A DNA stretch of 55,363 nt, filler included, from Jimgerdemannia flammicorona (GCA_003990765.1; 3 parts of 3 records of this genome joined end to end with filler, not necessarily neighbours in it); one strand, 5' to 3'; counted from the whole stretch's first letter, positions 12,060 to 26,500 are shown. Numbers and translations are program-made. The notes: generated by a model not told the origin, from the sequence alone.

Positions 12060-13362
12060 TGTGATGATATCTTAGAAACTGATGACATCAAAACACAGGA
12101 GACTGCTCAGACTTTATAAATCTCCAATTATAAATTATAACTCAACTATGACTCATCTTGATGGAAAGATGATCTATATCTGAACTCATTATAACTTACA
12201 GTGACCTCAGTAGTATATTACTCCAATCAGATGAATCTATCTCTAAGGCAACTCTTAGGATATAAAAGAAGTATCAAAAGAGAGTATAAGATACTATTCA
12301 CAAATAAGAAACTCACTACAAAACAAAATGCCTACTATCTGCTAAATAGTAAGGTCAAGAAACCACTTAGGGCTATCAGTTTAATATCAGATGTTCTTTG
12401 ATATCAAAAAGGCTATGAGGATATATACAAGAAGGACTCTAAGCCTGAACCTCTTTATAAAGAATCCATACCACTATATTCTCAAATGCTATGAAATAGA
12501 AATAAGCATCTCTATTACCACTAAGTGCCTCTGAATATAGTTAGAATATGAGTTAGGGCATCATCTCTACCATGATCTCTTAAGAAATTATAGACACTAT
12601 ATGTCTGAATAGATATATATAGAAGTTGGTCATGAGAGTCCACCAGATCTTCAGGTATATACTCTGGGGTATTCCCAACTTGAAATTTGTCAAGATTTCA
12701 GATATTCAAGAACTAACAAGTTACTCTACAGACTATCTTGAAGAAATGGTTACAGAAGAAGCCCAACCTACTATCATAGTTAAGAGTGATAAGGTTGAAC
12801 CCCTTTGAAACACCATTTTAGAAGATAACCTAGATAAGTTCCTTCAAGGTCTGATTGCATTATTCCAAGATCCTCCTCTGAGAGTCTACTACTCTCAGAA
12901 TTTTACAGATATATCCTACTTTGTAGATAACAATACTATTGGTTAGAGATCTCAAGAACTAGAGTAGGGTGAACTACTTATTTCATAGGAAGAAGACCTT
13001 GACAACCTCCTGGAGGAGTATATAAGCCCTCTTTTGTTATCTACTAAATCCACCACTAATCTCAAGAGGATACAGAAAATAATTTAGCAGGACTTCCTGA
13101 AGAAAATGAGAAAGAAGATAATAATGATATAATTTCAGTCATATTGAACTTCAAGTTGTATAAAGATGACTCTATTAGCCAAATTTGAGGAAGTTAGTTA
13201 GTTGCACAAACAGTAACTACCTAACTAGCCAAATTCAAGTAAGTTAGTTAGTTGTACAAATAGTGACTATGTATCAACTAGCCAAATTCATCATAAATAT
13301 AAAATAGTCTCATCTATCTAGTTAGATACTTGATTTTCTATGCTAAATAGTATCTTCTAGCA
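12060..13362 (+). mobile_element. Family-2 LTR-like repeat, copy 2, truncated by the following LINE
   Basis: Begins TGTGATGATATC. Contains ORF remnants 12201..12401 and 12626..12808. Homology to copy 1 stops at about 13362, where a LINE 5' end begins. Confidence 0.75.
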
Positions 13363-16300
13363 ACACCTTTCTCTGCTACAATTCTCATTACACATACTTT
13401 TACAATATACTTTGAAGTCATTTATTGGAGAAAGATATTAAGGCAATGGTAATCAGTAAGTAAGCAGATATGTATACTAGGTCAGATGAACCTGGGGCCT
13501 TCAACTAGCAACATATCAGATAAGGGTATGGGCTTTGGATGGGGTCTTCCAGTGGCTCAAGTGGGTAGGGCAGCTCAGACAGTAGAAGTGAGACTGGTGG
13601 TGAGGCTGGAGGGAAGAAGGGGAGGGCTTTGTGGACATGCTGCAGGCTAGAGGTTGGCTGGTGAGAACTCAGAGTGGGCAGGTAGGAGGGAAGGAGAAGT
13701 AGAAGATTGGGGAAGCTGGAGGTGCTGGACCTCAGCCAGTGGGAGATAGGGCTAGTGGAGTAGCTGCTGGGAGTAGTGGCAGGACTACTGATGGAGGTGT
13801 AACTGGAAATCTGGAAAAAAATCCAGATGTAACTGTTGATAGGAGGGCTGGGCAGACTGGCCCAAAGAGGAAGAGTGATCTAGCAGATAGTGTGATGGGG
13901 CTGGTGGTGGCACCATTACTGAAGAAGTCAATCTTAGAGTTTGTGGCAACCTTGTGCTTCTGAGGCCTAGCAGTGATGGTGAGGATGATTGTGGGGATTA
14001 TCTCGAAGCAGGTGGTGGAGGCTGTCTCAGTGAAGTTCCTGAAGGGATTGAAGAGAGTGGAGGTGGGTTTTGAGGAGACAGGGCTGCTGGAGGAGGTGTT
14101 GAAGACTAGAGTGGCTGGAGGAGAGATGGTGGTACCTATGGTATAGTGCTTGAGGTGGGACCCCAGAGTTGTTCAGCTGCTGGTGAAGGGGGTTACTACA
14201 ATGCTACATACTGGAAGGCCTGCAACTCCAGGGGGGAAAGAGGTGGAGAACCTACTGTGGTTGTATCAGATGATGAACAATTTTGCAGCTAAAGAGTTGG
14301 GAGATGTGGACCTGCAAGTGATGAGTGAGGAGCATTGGACATGGATCTTATAGGATAATGGGGTTGTAGAGGCACTGAAGGTGGAGGTGCTTGCAATTCT
14401 TCTAGAGGAGAAAGGATATGAGGTTGATAAAGAGAGGGAGGCTGAGCTGGCAGTAGTTGTGGGTGAGCAGGTGCCTTCTGTTGGGCAGAGCGACATGGGC
14501 TGAGACTCTGGCAGGAGGCCTGCCTGGAGTATCATGAGAACTTCAAGGAAAAGGAGGATGGGGAGATGGCTGAACTTCTGGTGGGATTGGAGACAAAGGA
14601 GGTTGAAGAGGAGGTTTTGACTGATGAAAACAACTTGGACTTGGTATGAGAGGAGAGGCATGTGGATTTGTAGAGGATGGACTGGATATTTCTTCTAAAA
14701 AACATTTTATTTAATGAACAGTACAACAAGTATTTTCTCTCTGAATGTGAATAGACTACAGGGATCTGGGCAGCATAGGAACATTTTTAATTAGCTTAAG
14801 AGTTTGGAGGCTGATCTCTTTCTGCTGCAGGATGTTTGATGTGAGGATGATGAGGATCAGGAGGCATAGATTAGATAAAGGGGAGGAACTGCAGCTTGGA
14901 TTGGCAAAGTGGCTATTTTGGTGCAGGGTGGTAAAGGGGACTTGGGTGGAATAGAAAGCTGGGGAGACCATTTGGTGTGAGGGGAATAGCATAGGCCTGG
15001 GTGGGTACTGGTAAAAGTTGGGTCTTGTTATTGCCCAATTGTTAGGGGTGAGAGAATTACATAGATTAAGAGTCTTTTGGAGAATGGCACTCTTATGGAG
15101 GAGGGGGTCAATATTCTGGAAGGAGACTTTAATATGGTGTGGGATATTCAGTTGGATAGGACTGATAGAGGGAGGAGTGCTGGTGGTAGAAGTGGTGGCC
15201 TAGACAAGTAGGAGGAGGTGGAGAACCTTAGCTCTCTGGGAGATATGGGCAGGACAGAGTGGGGAGACAGAAGGATTTATATGCACTGGGTAAATGGACT
15301 GGATACAAGAATTGACTGGATCCTGATGGCCAGGTGCTGGGGAATTGATGTTTTGAAGACTCTGGAGGTGGAGTGGTACCTATGATCTGATCATTGGGGT
15401 CTATTGGGGTGGGAGCAGTTTGGGGAGAGTGGAGATAGACCCAGACATTGGTGCCTTAACTCCTCTCTGCTTGCTGAGAAGGTTTTGTAGGACCCATGGA
15501 TGGAGGATATCTAAGTGAAGATTACCAGCTGGGCATACAAGGGTTTACCAGTAGGTGTCTGATAGATAAATTGAAAGAGGCTAGATGGGTTTACTGGGGA
15601 GGGGCCAGTAGAGAGACAGGGAAGCAGAGAAGGAAAAGAGTGAGGTGTGCTTCTAGTCAGTTGGTTAGATTGTAGATGGAATGGTCAGATTTGTTAAATT
15701 CTGGTGAGGTCAATAACTGGTGGTTGGCATGGGCAAAACTGGAGGTTATGGAGTGCAACAGATGTTGAGAGAGGAGGAGGAGATGTGCATGAGAGGAATG
15801 GCAGCTAGGCTGAGGAAGCAGGGGCTTGAGAAGGGAGAGAGAGAGGCCTACTAGATATTTATCAAGACTTCTCTAGTCGAGGAGGGTGTGGCATCAATGG
15901 GATGGGGTCCTTGATACAGAGGAGGAAATGGTGCATGGCCCACAACAGATCTTGGAGGTGCTGAAGGAGAGGTGGAGGGGTCTGTTGAGTGAGGAGAAAG
16001 GGGTGAGGATGAGGTGGCAATTAGAGATATGCTGGAGAATTGGGATCTACTGCAAGTTGAGAGCCTTGGTGACTTGATCCTACTGGTCCAAAAGGAGGAG
16101 ATCCAGTGAGTCCTTGTGGCAACTAAGCTTGGGACAGCACCAGGAGAGGATGGGTAACCTTGGGACTTCTGGAAGAAGATGGTGAAGATTCCTGGAGTGA
16201 TAACCCTCTGTGACCATTTTCTCCTAAATGGCAAGTAGGTTGGTGAGCAGGACTTGGGGTTGGTATCCTTATTATACAAAGACAAGAGGAGGAGAGAGGA

Positions 16301-17971
16301 CTGGAACAACTGGAGACCAATCATGGTTCTGGATATAGATAGGAAGATAGTGACCAAGTGATTGTTGCAAGATTGCCCAACAGGTGCTAGGTGAGGAGTA
16401 GTGGGGCTTTGTTGAAGGCAGGCTTATCAGAGATGGGACTGCCTGGGTTCATGGTATTATTGAAGGAGCACAGGTTTGTGGATTGGATGGAAGACTGATC
16501 TTTTTGAACCAGGAAAAGGCCTATGACTGCATTTGGCAGGTGTGGCTGGGCAAGATGCTGGATAGAATTGGTGTTCTTCTATGATTTTGAGCTTCTATGT
16601 CGAATCTATTAGAGGAAAGTAGAGCAACTCTGATGTGTAATGGTCACCAGAGTCTATCATTCCTCTTAGGAAGAGAAGTTCCTCAGGGAGATCCATTGTC
16701 TATCCTCTATACTCTTTTGTTAGAACCTTTAATGGATAGGATATGATGGAAGGTGACAGAGCTCTCTGTATATGGTGTGGTGTAGAAGGTGGGGGCCTTT
16801 ACAGATGATATGGTAGTTAGACTTGGCTCAGTGGCAGATGTTGAGGTACTTAAGAAGACTGTGGAATGGTATTAGATATATTCTGGGGTAAAGCTCAACT
16901 GGCATAAGTGTAAGATAATGGTGCTGGGAATGGGCTAGTGGGAGGGGATGTCATTGGGACAATTGTCTCTACAGGAGAAGCAGTATGGTACCTGGGCATC
17001 TTCCTTTTAGTGTATGGGTCTGTCTTGCCAAGAGTGTGGTAGGAGAGGAGGGTGGCAATCTGTGGGGAGGCTCTTAGAGGTTGGGGAGGTCACCACATCT
17101 CCCTAGTAGACTGGGGTGTCAATTCTAAATGTCTACTGATTCCACAAGTTATGGTATGTTACTTATCATTTAGACTTTCCAGCTTGGGTGGTGAAGAGAC
17201 TAATAAAACTGGCTAGGGATTGGATTTGGGCAGGGAGGTGGTCTCAGATTAGTTGGGATACTCTTGCAATACCAGTGGATAGGGGAGGGCTAGGCCTAGT
17301 GGATTTTCCTAAGAGGCTACACTGCCTGCAAGATTGGTGGTTGGGTGCCACTGATGCAAAAGGTGTGGGAGATGAGATTCTCCCCATGAGGGTCATCAGG
17401 AGATTTGCTATCTCTGGTGGATCTGGATAGAAGCCAATGGTTATTGTATCAGGTTTTCTAGTGGCAGGTGGTAGATAGAGCATACTGAATAAGCCTGTAC
17501 TGGCAAAGCAATGAGGAAGAGATACTGTGGGGTCCGGCTATATAGTAATGGGGCAGCCTGCTTCTGGGGGGTATTCTACTTGCTGAATTTGACATTGGTA
17601 AAGGAGTGGCATATCAGCAGAGACTTGGTCAGAATCTATAGCCAAGTAGCTGGCAGGTAGTAGAGATTAGTAAGGAGTGAGACTGGGTAGGAGTCTGGTC
17701 ATAGAGTGCTGAGGTATAGAGGTGGCTTCCTCCCAAGTTCTGGGTGGTATGGTGGGGGATGCTGCAGAGGAATATCATGTTGAATTTCTATACTAGACAT
17801 CTGGTAGATGGTGGATGATTAGATTGTGAGAAGTTTTATAATGTAGGATAAGTTAGGAGATTTGTGCAGATGCCAGAACATTGGCTGGAAGAGTGTGAGG
17901 TTCTGGGGGACTTTTGGATGGCAGTAGGAGACCAGATGGGTGTGGAGAGGAGGCTGGATGGAGAGAGAGAT
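13363..17971 (+). mobile_element. Degenerate L1/Tx1-like LINE (ORF1 with internal deletion; ORF2 EN+RT)
   Basis: Conserved 5' end CACCTTTCTC. ORF2 start at about 14713 (MNSTTSIFSLNVN). Motifs GDFN, RIDW, SDHW, NWRPI, QEKAYD, PQGDPLS and GGLGL are readable with stops. Confidence 0.9.
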
Positions 17972-18390
17972 CGCCGGGGTCGCGGCATCTCTTTCCAGTA
18001 CCATTCAGGTTACACAACCTTTGGAAGGCACTTTCGACAACGTTTTCAGCAAAAAGAGACTAACAACATAGCAACCAACAGACAACCTGAGGTGCGTACT
18101 GGGCAGGGCAGCCCGAGCGCTTTCGACTGGCAGCAGGTGGGGAGGGGGCCAGGCCTGGGGGGCGGTATGAGGGGCCTGCTGGTGGGTGGACGTGGAAGGG
18201 GAGGAGGAGGTGGTAGAGGATCAGGATCTGGGAGGGCTAGCTTTGCGGAGATGGTGAAGGGGAGGCAGCAGGCATCGGGGCTGGAGGGCTGGCTGAAGAA
18301 GGGCAAGGGGACCGAGAAGGAGACGGTGCTGGGGGGTGCAGCCCTTGGAAGGGGGGGTGGTAGAGCTGAGGGAGGAGTGGCTGGGGGGGG
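17972..18390 (+). mobile_element. 5' end (UTR plus Gly-rich ORF1 start) of a young, CpG-intact LINE, cut by a gap
   Basis: Similar to the 5' ends at 13363, about 9000 and about 29108. Encodes RASFAEMVK. Many CpGs are retained and the frame is open to the gap. Confidence 0.75.
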
Positions 18391-18490
18391 NNNNNNNNNN
18401 NNNNNNNNNNNNNNNNNNNNNNNNNNNNNNNNNNTTAATTAATTAANNNNNNNNNNNNNNNNNNNNNNNNNNNNNNNNNNNNNNNNNNNN
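18391..18490. other. Assembly gap with artificial TTAATTAATTAA linker
   Basis: 100-nt N run with a centred six-frame stop linker. The same construct occurs at 36880-36979. Confidence 0.95.
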
Positions 18491-21400
18491 AAAAAAAAAA
18501 AGAGATGAAGACCTAGTCTAGGTCTCCTCAAATGTTTTGCAGCAGCAGCAGGGGCCAGTGCTACTGCTGGTGGGGCTGGTGATCAGGAGAGGCCTGCTGG
18601 TGTTGAGAGCTGGTATATAGTAGTAGGGGGCCAGAGGGCCACTACTAGGCCCATGGGAGTAGGATAGGAGAGACATAGTATTGACAGAGGGAAGAGTCAG
18701 GTGACCGGTCAGATGGTGGGTCAGGTGACTGCCAGGGGACAGGAGTCTGGAGGCATGACAGTTGGGACTGGTTTTCCTGGGGCTGGGCTAGTGGCTGGAT
18801 CAGTGACTGGTGAAGAAATTGCTAGTGGACTTCCTAGAGCTAAAGGAGTGATAGTAGGAGTTTCAGGAGGGAAAGAAAAGATGAAAATAGTGGTAGGTTC
18901 TGGTGAGCTAGTAGTGCACCCTTTCTTTTACAAATCGGTGTTGATATGAGCAGTTTTAGTGAATTTTCTGGGGCTGGACAAGTCTGCCAGAGAGGTTTTG
19001 TGGCTGGTGGGTAAGAAGGTTGCTGGTGCAGAGTCTCTGAAGTTTATCCTATTGGCAAAGGTGGTGGAGATTGGCTTTGTGGAGGAGGAGGAGATGATGA
19101 AGGCCCTGGAGAAGGGGTTAGTGGTCAGAAACATCAAGATTGGGATGGCTAGATGCTTAAGATAAGATCTGTATGCCATATGTCTAGTGGTTGAAGGATT
19201 GCCAACTCTGGGAAGACAGAAGACTATGAGGATGGTGGCAGAGGCACTTGGGGGCTTTGGTGAAATGGTCAATTTCTATTTTATATTCTAGGAGAGGACC
19301 AAGCTGAGGAATAGCAACTGTGAGATGATGGTAAGGCTGGAGGACAAGGAGGCCACTGGGCAAGGGAGAGACTGACCAGAGGTGATTCATATTAGTGATT
19401 AAGAATATAAGGTGTGGCAAAGGAAGAGATCTGAGTAAGAGGAGGAGGAATCATTATTTACCTTAGAGGAGAGAGAGGTGGTGAAGGATTTGAGAAAGAG
19501 GAAATGAGAGGAGTTTACCAAAGACTGGGTCTGGATCCCAACTGATGGGAGGAGGAAGAGATGGTAGAAAGAGAATTGGAAACATCTGCAAGCAGTCCTC
19601 CAGGGTTCAAAGACTGAGGAGATAGTAAGGGCTGAGGCAGCCAAGAACCAAATAGAGGAGGTGGAGATGGCTGAGGTGTCTTTCTCATAGCTAGGAGGTG
19701 TGGAGAGTTCTGCTCATATGCTAGTAACAGGGAAGTAGGTAGATAAGGAGGAGGTGGGAGAAGAAGGTTTTGAGGGTATCACTGAGATAGTTCTGGAGAC
19801 TTAGCTGGAGGATGTTCAGATGGCAGGAGCTGCAAATATTTATTGGGAATGTCTAGAGGCTAGTGAAATAGTGAGGCTAGAGAAGATTACTGAGGAAGAT
19901 GATCTAGTAGATATGGTCTCTGATGTGTCAGCTGATAGAGAGATGCTTCAAGAGCTGAGTAGGACTCCAAGGCCAGCCACTTCTGGGCCTCTGGTGATGA
20001 CAATTAATAGTTGGTATCAGACAGTGCTTAAGGAGTTTGCAGAGGAGGATATCAAGAAAGTGGATGTGTTTCATAGTTCTCAGAAGGCTTGGGAGAGATT
20101 TCTCAATATTATGATGTAAGGACTGAAGTTGATGATAGTGATAGTGGCAGCACTGCTGGATGATAAGGGGTATGATATTGATGAGAACAGAATGGTGGAC
20201 ATCAGAAAGATGGCATTGGAGTAGGTGAAAGAATTTTGCAGAAGTGCAAATAGGGTATGCATCTGGAGGGCTATCTGTAAGAAATAAAAGGAAATAATCT
20301 GTAGCAGGGCTGAGAAGATAGTAGTGATTTCAGCTAAGCTTTAAACAATTTTTTTGATGATGATGAACAGTCTATATATATTATCTCTAAATATCAATGG
20401 GCTATATAATAGAATTAAGCAGCTGTAGTTGTTTCATTGATTGAAAGTCAGGAGATATGATGTGGTACTTCTTCAGGATGTTCAAGCTTATGGTGAGTAG
20501 AATTATATTGAGTAGAGTAGAGAATAGTATGGGGGTACTGGCTGGAATGAGCAGGTGGATATCTTAGTGGATATTGGAAGAGGAAAGCTAGTAGAGGTGG
20601 AAATCTACAGAGATTGACTGGTATGGGGTAGGCTGAAAGGAAGAAAGGGTGATAGACTGATAGTGGGCTCTATCTACTTTCTGGCAATTGGTAGAGAGTG
20701 AAAGCAATGAGTAGAGGGTTGGCTGGCATGGAAAGATCAAGAAGGGATAGAGTTAGACATTTTGGGGAGAGACTTTAATATAGTGTGTAACAGGATACTA
20801 GATAGGTCTGATAGTGGGGAGAGTGTGGCAGTCTCTGCTAAGCTCTCTCAGTGGCTCTAGGTTGAGAGAGATATGAGATTGGTGGATGGTGTCTGATAAT
20901 GTCAAGGGGAGAAGCCTGGACCCTTTACTCAGTAGCACTCTGTGGGTGAGAGTCTGGTAGGAACCAGGATTGACTGAATTCTGATGGCTGAGGGTTGGGG
21001 TAATGTACTGGATACCATGGGGGTATGGTGGTACCTTTGGTCAGATCACTGGAGAGTGGAAGTGTGTGGTAGATTTCAGGCTATCAGTGAGAGTAAGGGT
21101 TGCTGACAGCTCAATATGATACTTTTAAGAAGGCAGACAGAGTGGGAATAATTTGTGAAAATTGTAAGGCAGGAGGTATCATATTGGAAGGAGGAAGGAC
21201 AGCTAATAGAACAGTGGTGGGACAAATTTAAACAGTTGGCAGGTATCTATTGACATAATGTTGGGGAGATTGCCAGTAAGGAGTAGAAGAATAAGGAGAA
21301 GAGGGTTGAATGTGGACTGTGATAGTGGTTGGAGTTGATGGAAGAGGGGAACTTATCAAGAAAAGAGTGCTCTCAACTGACAGCAGAGGTGGTAGAGTTA

Positions 21401-23555
21401 TAGCTAGACCTCAGGGCTGCTGAGGATAGAGTAGTAGATAGTCTGCTAGTAAGATTGTAGGCCAGGTGACTGAAAGAAGGAGAGTGGCCTACAAAGTATT
21501 TATTAGATATTTTGAAGGCTAGAAAGGTGTGATATAGCTGGGCCTCAGTATTGCAAGAGGATAGCACTGAGGTCACTAGAATTGGTAAGATGCTGGGTGA
21601 GATTTCCAGATAATGGCAGGCTCTCTAGCAGGATAAAGGGGGGCTAGTGGAGGGTATAGTATATATTATAGGAGAACAATGATAATTTGGTAGGTAATTG
21701 GTCAGTAGTAGTACAATCCAAGATGGGCAGGGCAGTAATGAATATGGTGATCCTTGATGAAGTATTAGAGATATTAGAGATAATAGACAGATTTATCACC
21801 AGGGAAGGATGGGCTGCCTTGGGAATTCTGAAAGGAGTTCCAGGCTGAGTTCAGTGTCTGGCTAGTGGAAATGGTGAACTTTGTATTGAAGGAGGGTAGC
21901 TGGATTGGTAATGACTCCTTGGGGCTGGTCTCTCTACTGTATAAGGAGAAAAGAAATTGGCAGAAATAGCAGAATTGGTAGCCAATCATGTTGCTGAATA
22001 TGGATAGAAAACTGGTGTCCAAGATTCTGACTAGAAGGTTGCAACAGTGGATTGGTAGACTAGTGAGTGAGGACCAGCAAGGCTTTGTCAAAGGGAGACA
22101 GATTCAAGACAGCATAGCTGAGGTGCAGAATGTCTTAAAGGGCTGTAGGAGCCAACAAGTGAATGGAAGAATAGTCTTCTTGGATCAGAAGAAGGCATAT
22201 AATAGAATATGGTAGAATTATCTAGAATCAGTAATGCAGAAGGTGGGGTTCAGTGCAGTAGAGACAGAGAGATTGATGAGCTTAGTGTGTGACTGCAGAG
22301 TAGCTATCCTGATGAATGGGTGGAGTGGTCCAGAATTTGCCCTGGGGAGAGATGTGCCACAGGGTGACCCTCTCTCTCCTCTACTCTACATTCTCTCCTT
22401 AGAGCCTTTGCTGACTTAGCTGAAGGGATAGCCTATAGAACTATGAATAAGAGATATGGTCTGAAAACTAGGAGTGTTTGCTGATAATATAGTGGTTGGA
22501 TTAGGCTGCTTGGCAGATATAGAATATCTACAGGAAGGGGTTGGACAGTATGAGAGATTGGCAGAAGTGAAATTGAACTGGGGCAAGTATGAGACAATGG
22601 AGCTAGGTGCTGGCTTAGAAGAGAATGGGAAATTTGGACAAACAGTGGCCATGGGGAATATAGTCTGATATTTAGGTATTTGGTTCTTGGTATATGGAAT
22701 AGTATTATCAAAGGAGTAGTGGTGTGGTATAATACAGAAGTGGGAGGGGATACTGACAGGCTGGTCAGGGAGGTGCTTCTCCTTGGTGAAGAAAGTGGTG
22801 GTTTTGAATGTATATTGATTGCTGAAGTTGTGGTACTTTGGGTACCATATGGACTTTCTTGGATGGGTGGTACAGAGGCTGAAGAAGGTGGTGAAAGGAT
22901 GGCTATGGCAGAGAGAGTGGCCACAATTTGGTTAGGAGATAGTGGTATTGAGGACTGCAGATGGGAGTCTGGGGCTGGTGGACTTCCAGTAGCAGTTGAA
23001 GATACTCTAGGATTGGTGGGAGCATTGGTTGGTAGAGTTAGAGGAGGATAGTTGGGGCAGACTGGCTATAGATAATTAGGAGGTCAGGTTCTGCTCCTAT
23101 AGTGAGGTTTGGAAGGATATGCCAGGGCTGCTTCAGGTTGGAAGGGTTAGCTATTTGTGGTTTAAAGGTTTTTGGTGGGGTATTGTAGAGGCCAGGCTGG
23201 CTATGGGGTAGCAGGGCCAGAGTTAGTTGGGGGTGAGGATTAGGGCAGCAGTGGTGGTGGCTAGAGAGTCTTCACATTGGTGGCCACCAGTTGATAGAGT
23301 ACTCTCTGATAGAGGTGATGGAATGAATCAGGTCTGGCCCTCTTGAAAGGTGGCCTGTAGGTTGGCAGAAGGCTGGGCTCAGAGAGGGCTGGGATTGGGA
23401 GCAGGTCTGGAGTTAGGGGGCTACTTTACTTAAGGTAGTACCTCCTAAGTATTGGGTGGTATGGTGGTGATTCTTGTAGAGAAATGTGATGCTGGGTTAC
23501 TGAACAGAGTGGATGGAAGTGGAAGGTGGTCAGGAATGTGAGTAGTGCAGTGAGC
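18491..23555 (+). mobile_element. Degenerate LINE, second subfamily (ORF1 to about 20345, ORF2 from about 20360), 3' truncated
   Basis: ORF2 start MNSLYILSLNINGL. RT motifs LLNMDRKLVSKIL, DQQGFVKGRQI, DQKKAY, PQGDPLSPLLY and FADN. PPKYWVVWW near 23450. Confidence 0.9.
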
Positions 23556-26500
23556 CCTTCCCTATTGAATACTATCTCTGATCCTACAACTGTCATCTGC
23601 CCCTTACTCTTAATACAAATACTCTCCACCAGCTTCCACCTATGCCCTCCCCTGCTCCCCCACCCCCTCTGCCACTTAGAGAGTACATCAACCAACAATC
23701 ATTCCCATCTCACCAACTTTTCCCCCTCAGATATCCTCCTTCCATCCTCGAATACTGCCTACCAATATCCTGCTAACCCTACTCAAATTGCTAAAACCCA
23801 ACCAAAGGTATGCCACTCATTGCCAATACTTTCCAACATCCACCCCTTTAATGTTTCTCAATGACTATCTCCCCAAACCTTATACATTCCCCCCAATCGC
23901 TATGCCACTTCCTCCCAGAATACTTGTAGTACTTTGTACTCCCCCAACCAATGTTCTGGTATCTGCACATTGTCTCTCTCCTTGCCAACTCTATAGCACT
24001 CCTTACAGTCAAAGATGCCACTCACTACTAGGTGCCCTGACCTAAAATTCAACATGACATTCTGCCTCATCATTCTCCATCAGGCCACTCAAAACTTAGG
24101 GGGCATCCACTTCTTAACCTCTGCCCCCCATGCCCATAGCTCCACCCAGTTCCATTCCTCTCCAATTCCAATCTGTTGCCATCCCTCTGGCCAAAGGTTC
24201 TAGCCTATACCTCTCTGACTCTCTACTCCATCCTCTATATCAAAGTCTATCACTGGCACTCCTCCCAACAGAAACCTGTGCCAGTGCTATATCCCTGAGT
24301 CTATCCAATCATCCTCTATATTTCTATCCCATCAAAGTCCAATCCTGTGGACTCCCTTGACCACCCCCTACCAGAATCTCTGATATCATAACCTCCTACT
24401 TCCACCACCTCCCACCATTGTCCTCAAATCACCTGCCAACTCTCTTAGTGCATACCACACCTCCCACACCTTCTGCATCAAGGGTACCCATCTCCCTCCC
24501 TTCAATCCTGCTGCCCTCTTCAACCACCATACTCAAAGACAGTGGAGCTTCTTTGAGAAATCCACCAGCTCCAGTCCACCTCTGACTACTGGCAACAATA
24601 GTACCTCCCAGCTAATTTGACTATACAGGCCTGCCCAGATCCAGTCCTTAGCCAACTTCTGCAGCTACTTTACCACTCATGATGGGAAGTCCAAGTGATA
24701 GACCAAATACCATAGTTTTGATATCCAATAAATATTCAATATCATTACCCACCCTGCCAGAGAGATATATCTTCCTCTCCATCCCTTTAGTATATCTTTC
24801 CAGAGCTTCACTCTACTTTCCCACCAAGCTTTTGGCAGTACCAATCCATATACTGAGAGGTAAATCCTCAGGTATCTCATTATCTCTCCAGCTGAAACTA
24901 TTGATCAAATGACATTGTCACCAACTATACCATTACTGAGCACTATTGCCTCACACTTATGCCAGCACATACAGTATAGGAGACAGTGGATCTCCTTGTG
25001 GCACACCTCACCCCAGGGAGAATGATGAGCCCTGATACTCATTTACCATAATGGCTGCTTTACTTCTCTCTAGTAATTGAATCATAGAGTCACCCAGTTC
25101 ACTTGAGATTCCAATTCTTGTCAAAACTTTCCTCAGCCAGACTCTTTACACTCTATCATATGCTTTCTCCTGATCCAGAAAAACTAGCCTTCCATCCACT
25201 CCTACAGCCCTTGCACCTTCAATGATACCATGAACCCAGGCTGTACTATCTCTAATCAGCCTTCCTCCTATGAATCCTCTCTGTTCTTCTTCTAAGACCT
25301 GTTGGGCCACCATCTGCAATCTTGTCACCAAGACCTTCATGATCAATTTTCAGTCCATATCCAACAATATGATAGGCCTCCAATTCTTCCAGTTCTCTCT
25401 TCTTCTCTTGTCCTTGAACAGCAGTGCCACCAGTCCCAATTCCTGTCCCCCCAACCACTTTCTAGAACTGATGACTTCATTATACATCTCTTGTATCTCT
25501 CTGAGTACCCTATCTACTTCTGCCATCTTTCTTCAAAAATCCTAGAGCAATCCATCCTCCCCTGGTGCAGTCCCCTTCTTTGTGGCTGAGAGGACTCTTG
25601 AAATTTCCTCCTTCTTGATCAGCTTTATCAGATCCTCCAGCCCTTCCATCTGAGGAGGCTTTCAATCTTCTAGAAATGCCTCCATGGACTCACTATCTTC
25701 CCCTCCCTTCTCCTCACTCCACAGTTTTCCCTACCTCCTCTGAAGCACTCTTAATATTCCTTGTATACTAGTAACTAAGGACCCATCATCTCTCTCAATA
25801 CCTTCCCACCTCTGCTGAACCCTCCTTGCTCTAAGCAATCTGAATAGGTACTTTGTAGATCACTCCTCTTCCTCCAGACCCTGCCACCTCAGCCTTGCTA
25901 TCATGCTCTGTACTTGCTCCTCCTCTTCTCACTGCTGCCCCATTTTGAGCTCCTCAATTTCCATTTTCATCCTTTCTACTCTCCAATCCTCCTCCTCCTC
26001 CTGTATCTCCATAAGCCAAAGTAGTAGGTGCTCTAACTACCTTGACACTGCCCCTCTCTTTCTCTTTCTTGCACTACCTTTCACCTGGCCTACTTCCCCC
26101 CAGAATATCTGAGCCATGTCTTTCAGCTTCAGCCATTACTTCTTTACTGGTAGACTCTTTTTTCTCCACCTAATAACATTTTCGATAACCTCCTTCTACC
26201 AGCTTTCCCATACCCCCTTGTTCTCCAAAAGGGAACAATTCAGCCACCAATAGTCAGGTCCATCTCTACTTCCCCCAAATGAGCCTTATTCAATAATCCC
26301 CCAGTGATCTGACCAAGGATACCACAGCACTTCAATTTCCTTCCAGACATCAAGACCCCAGCAGTCTGCTGTGAGAATCCAGTCAATCTGTATCCCCAAT
26401 CCTTCCACCCAATGTGTGAAAACCTTGTATCTTCCCCACTTTGCATGTCCAGCATCCCTCAAAGCACTCAGCCTCTCCACTTCTTCCTATCTCTCCAGTC

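Noticed and set aside
18435..18446. TTAATTAATTAA palindrome as a biological motif
   Set aside because: It is centred in N runs at both gaps and is an artificial contig linker.
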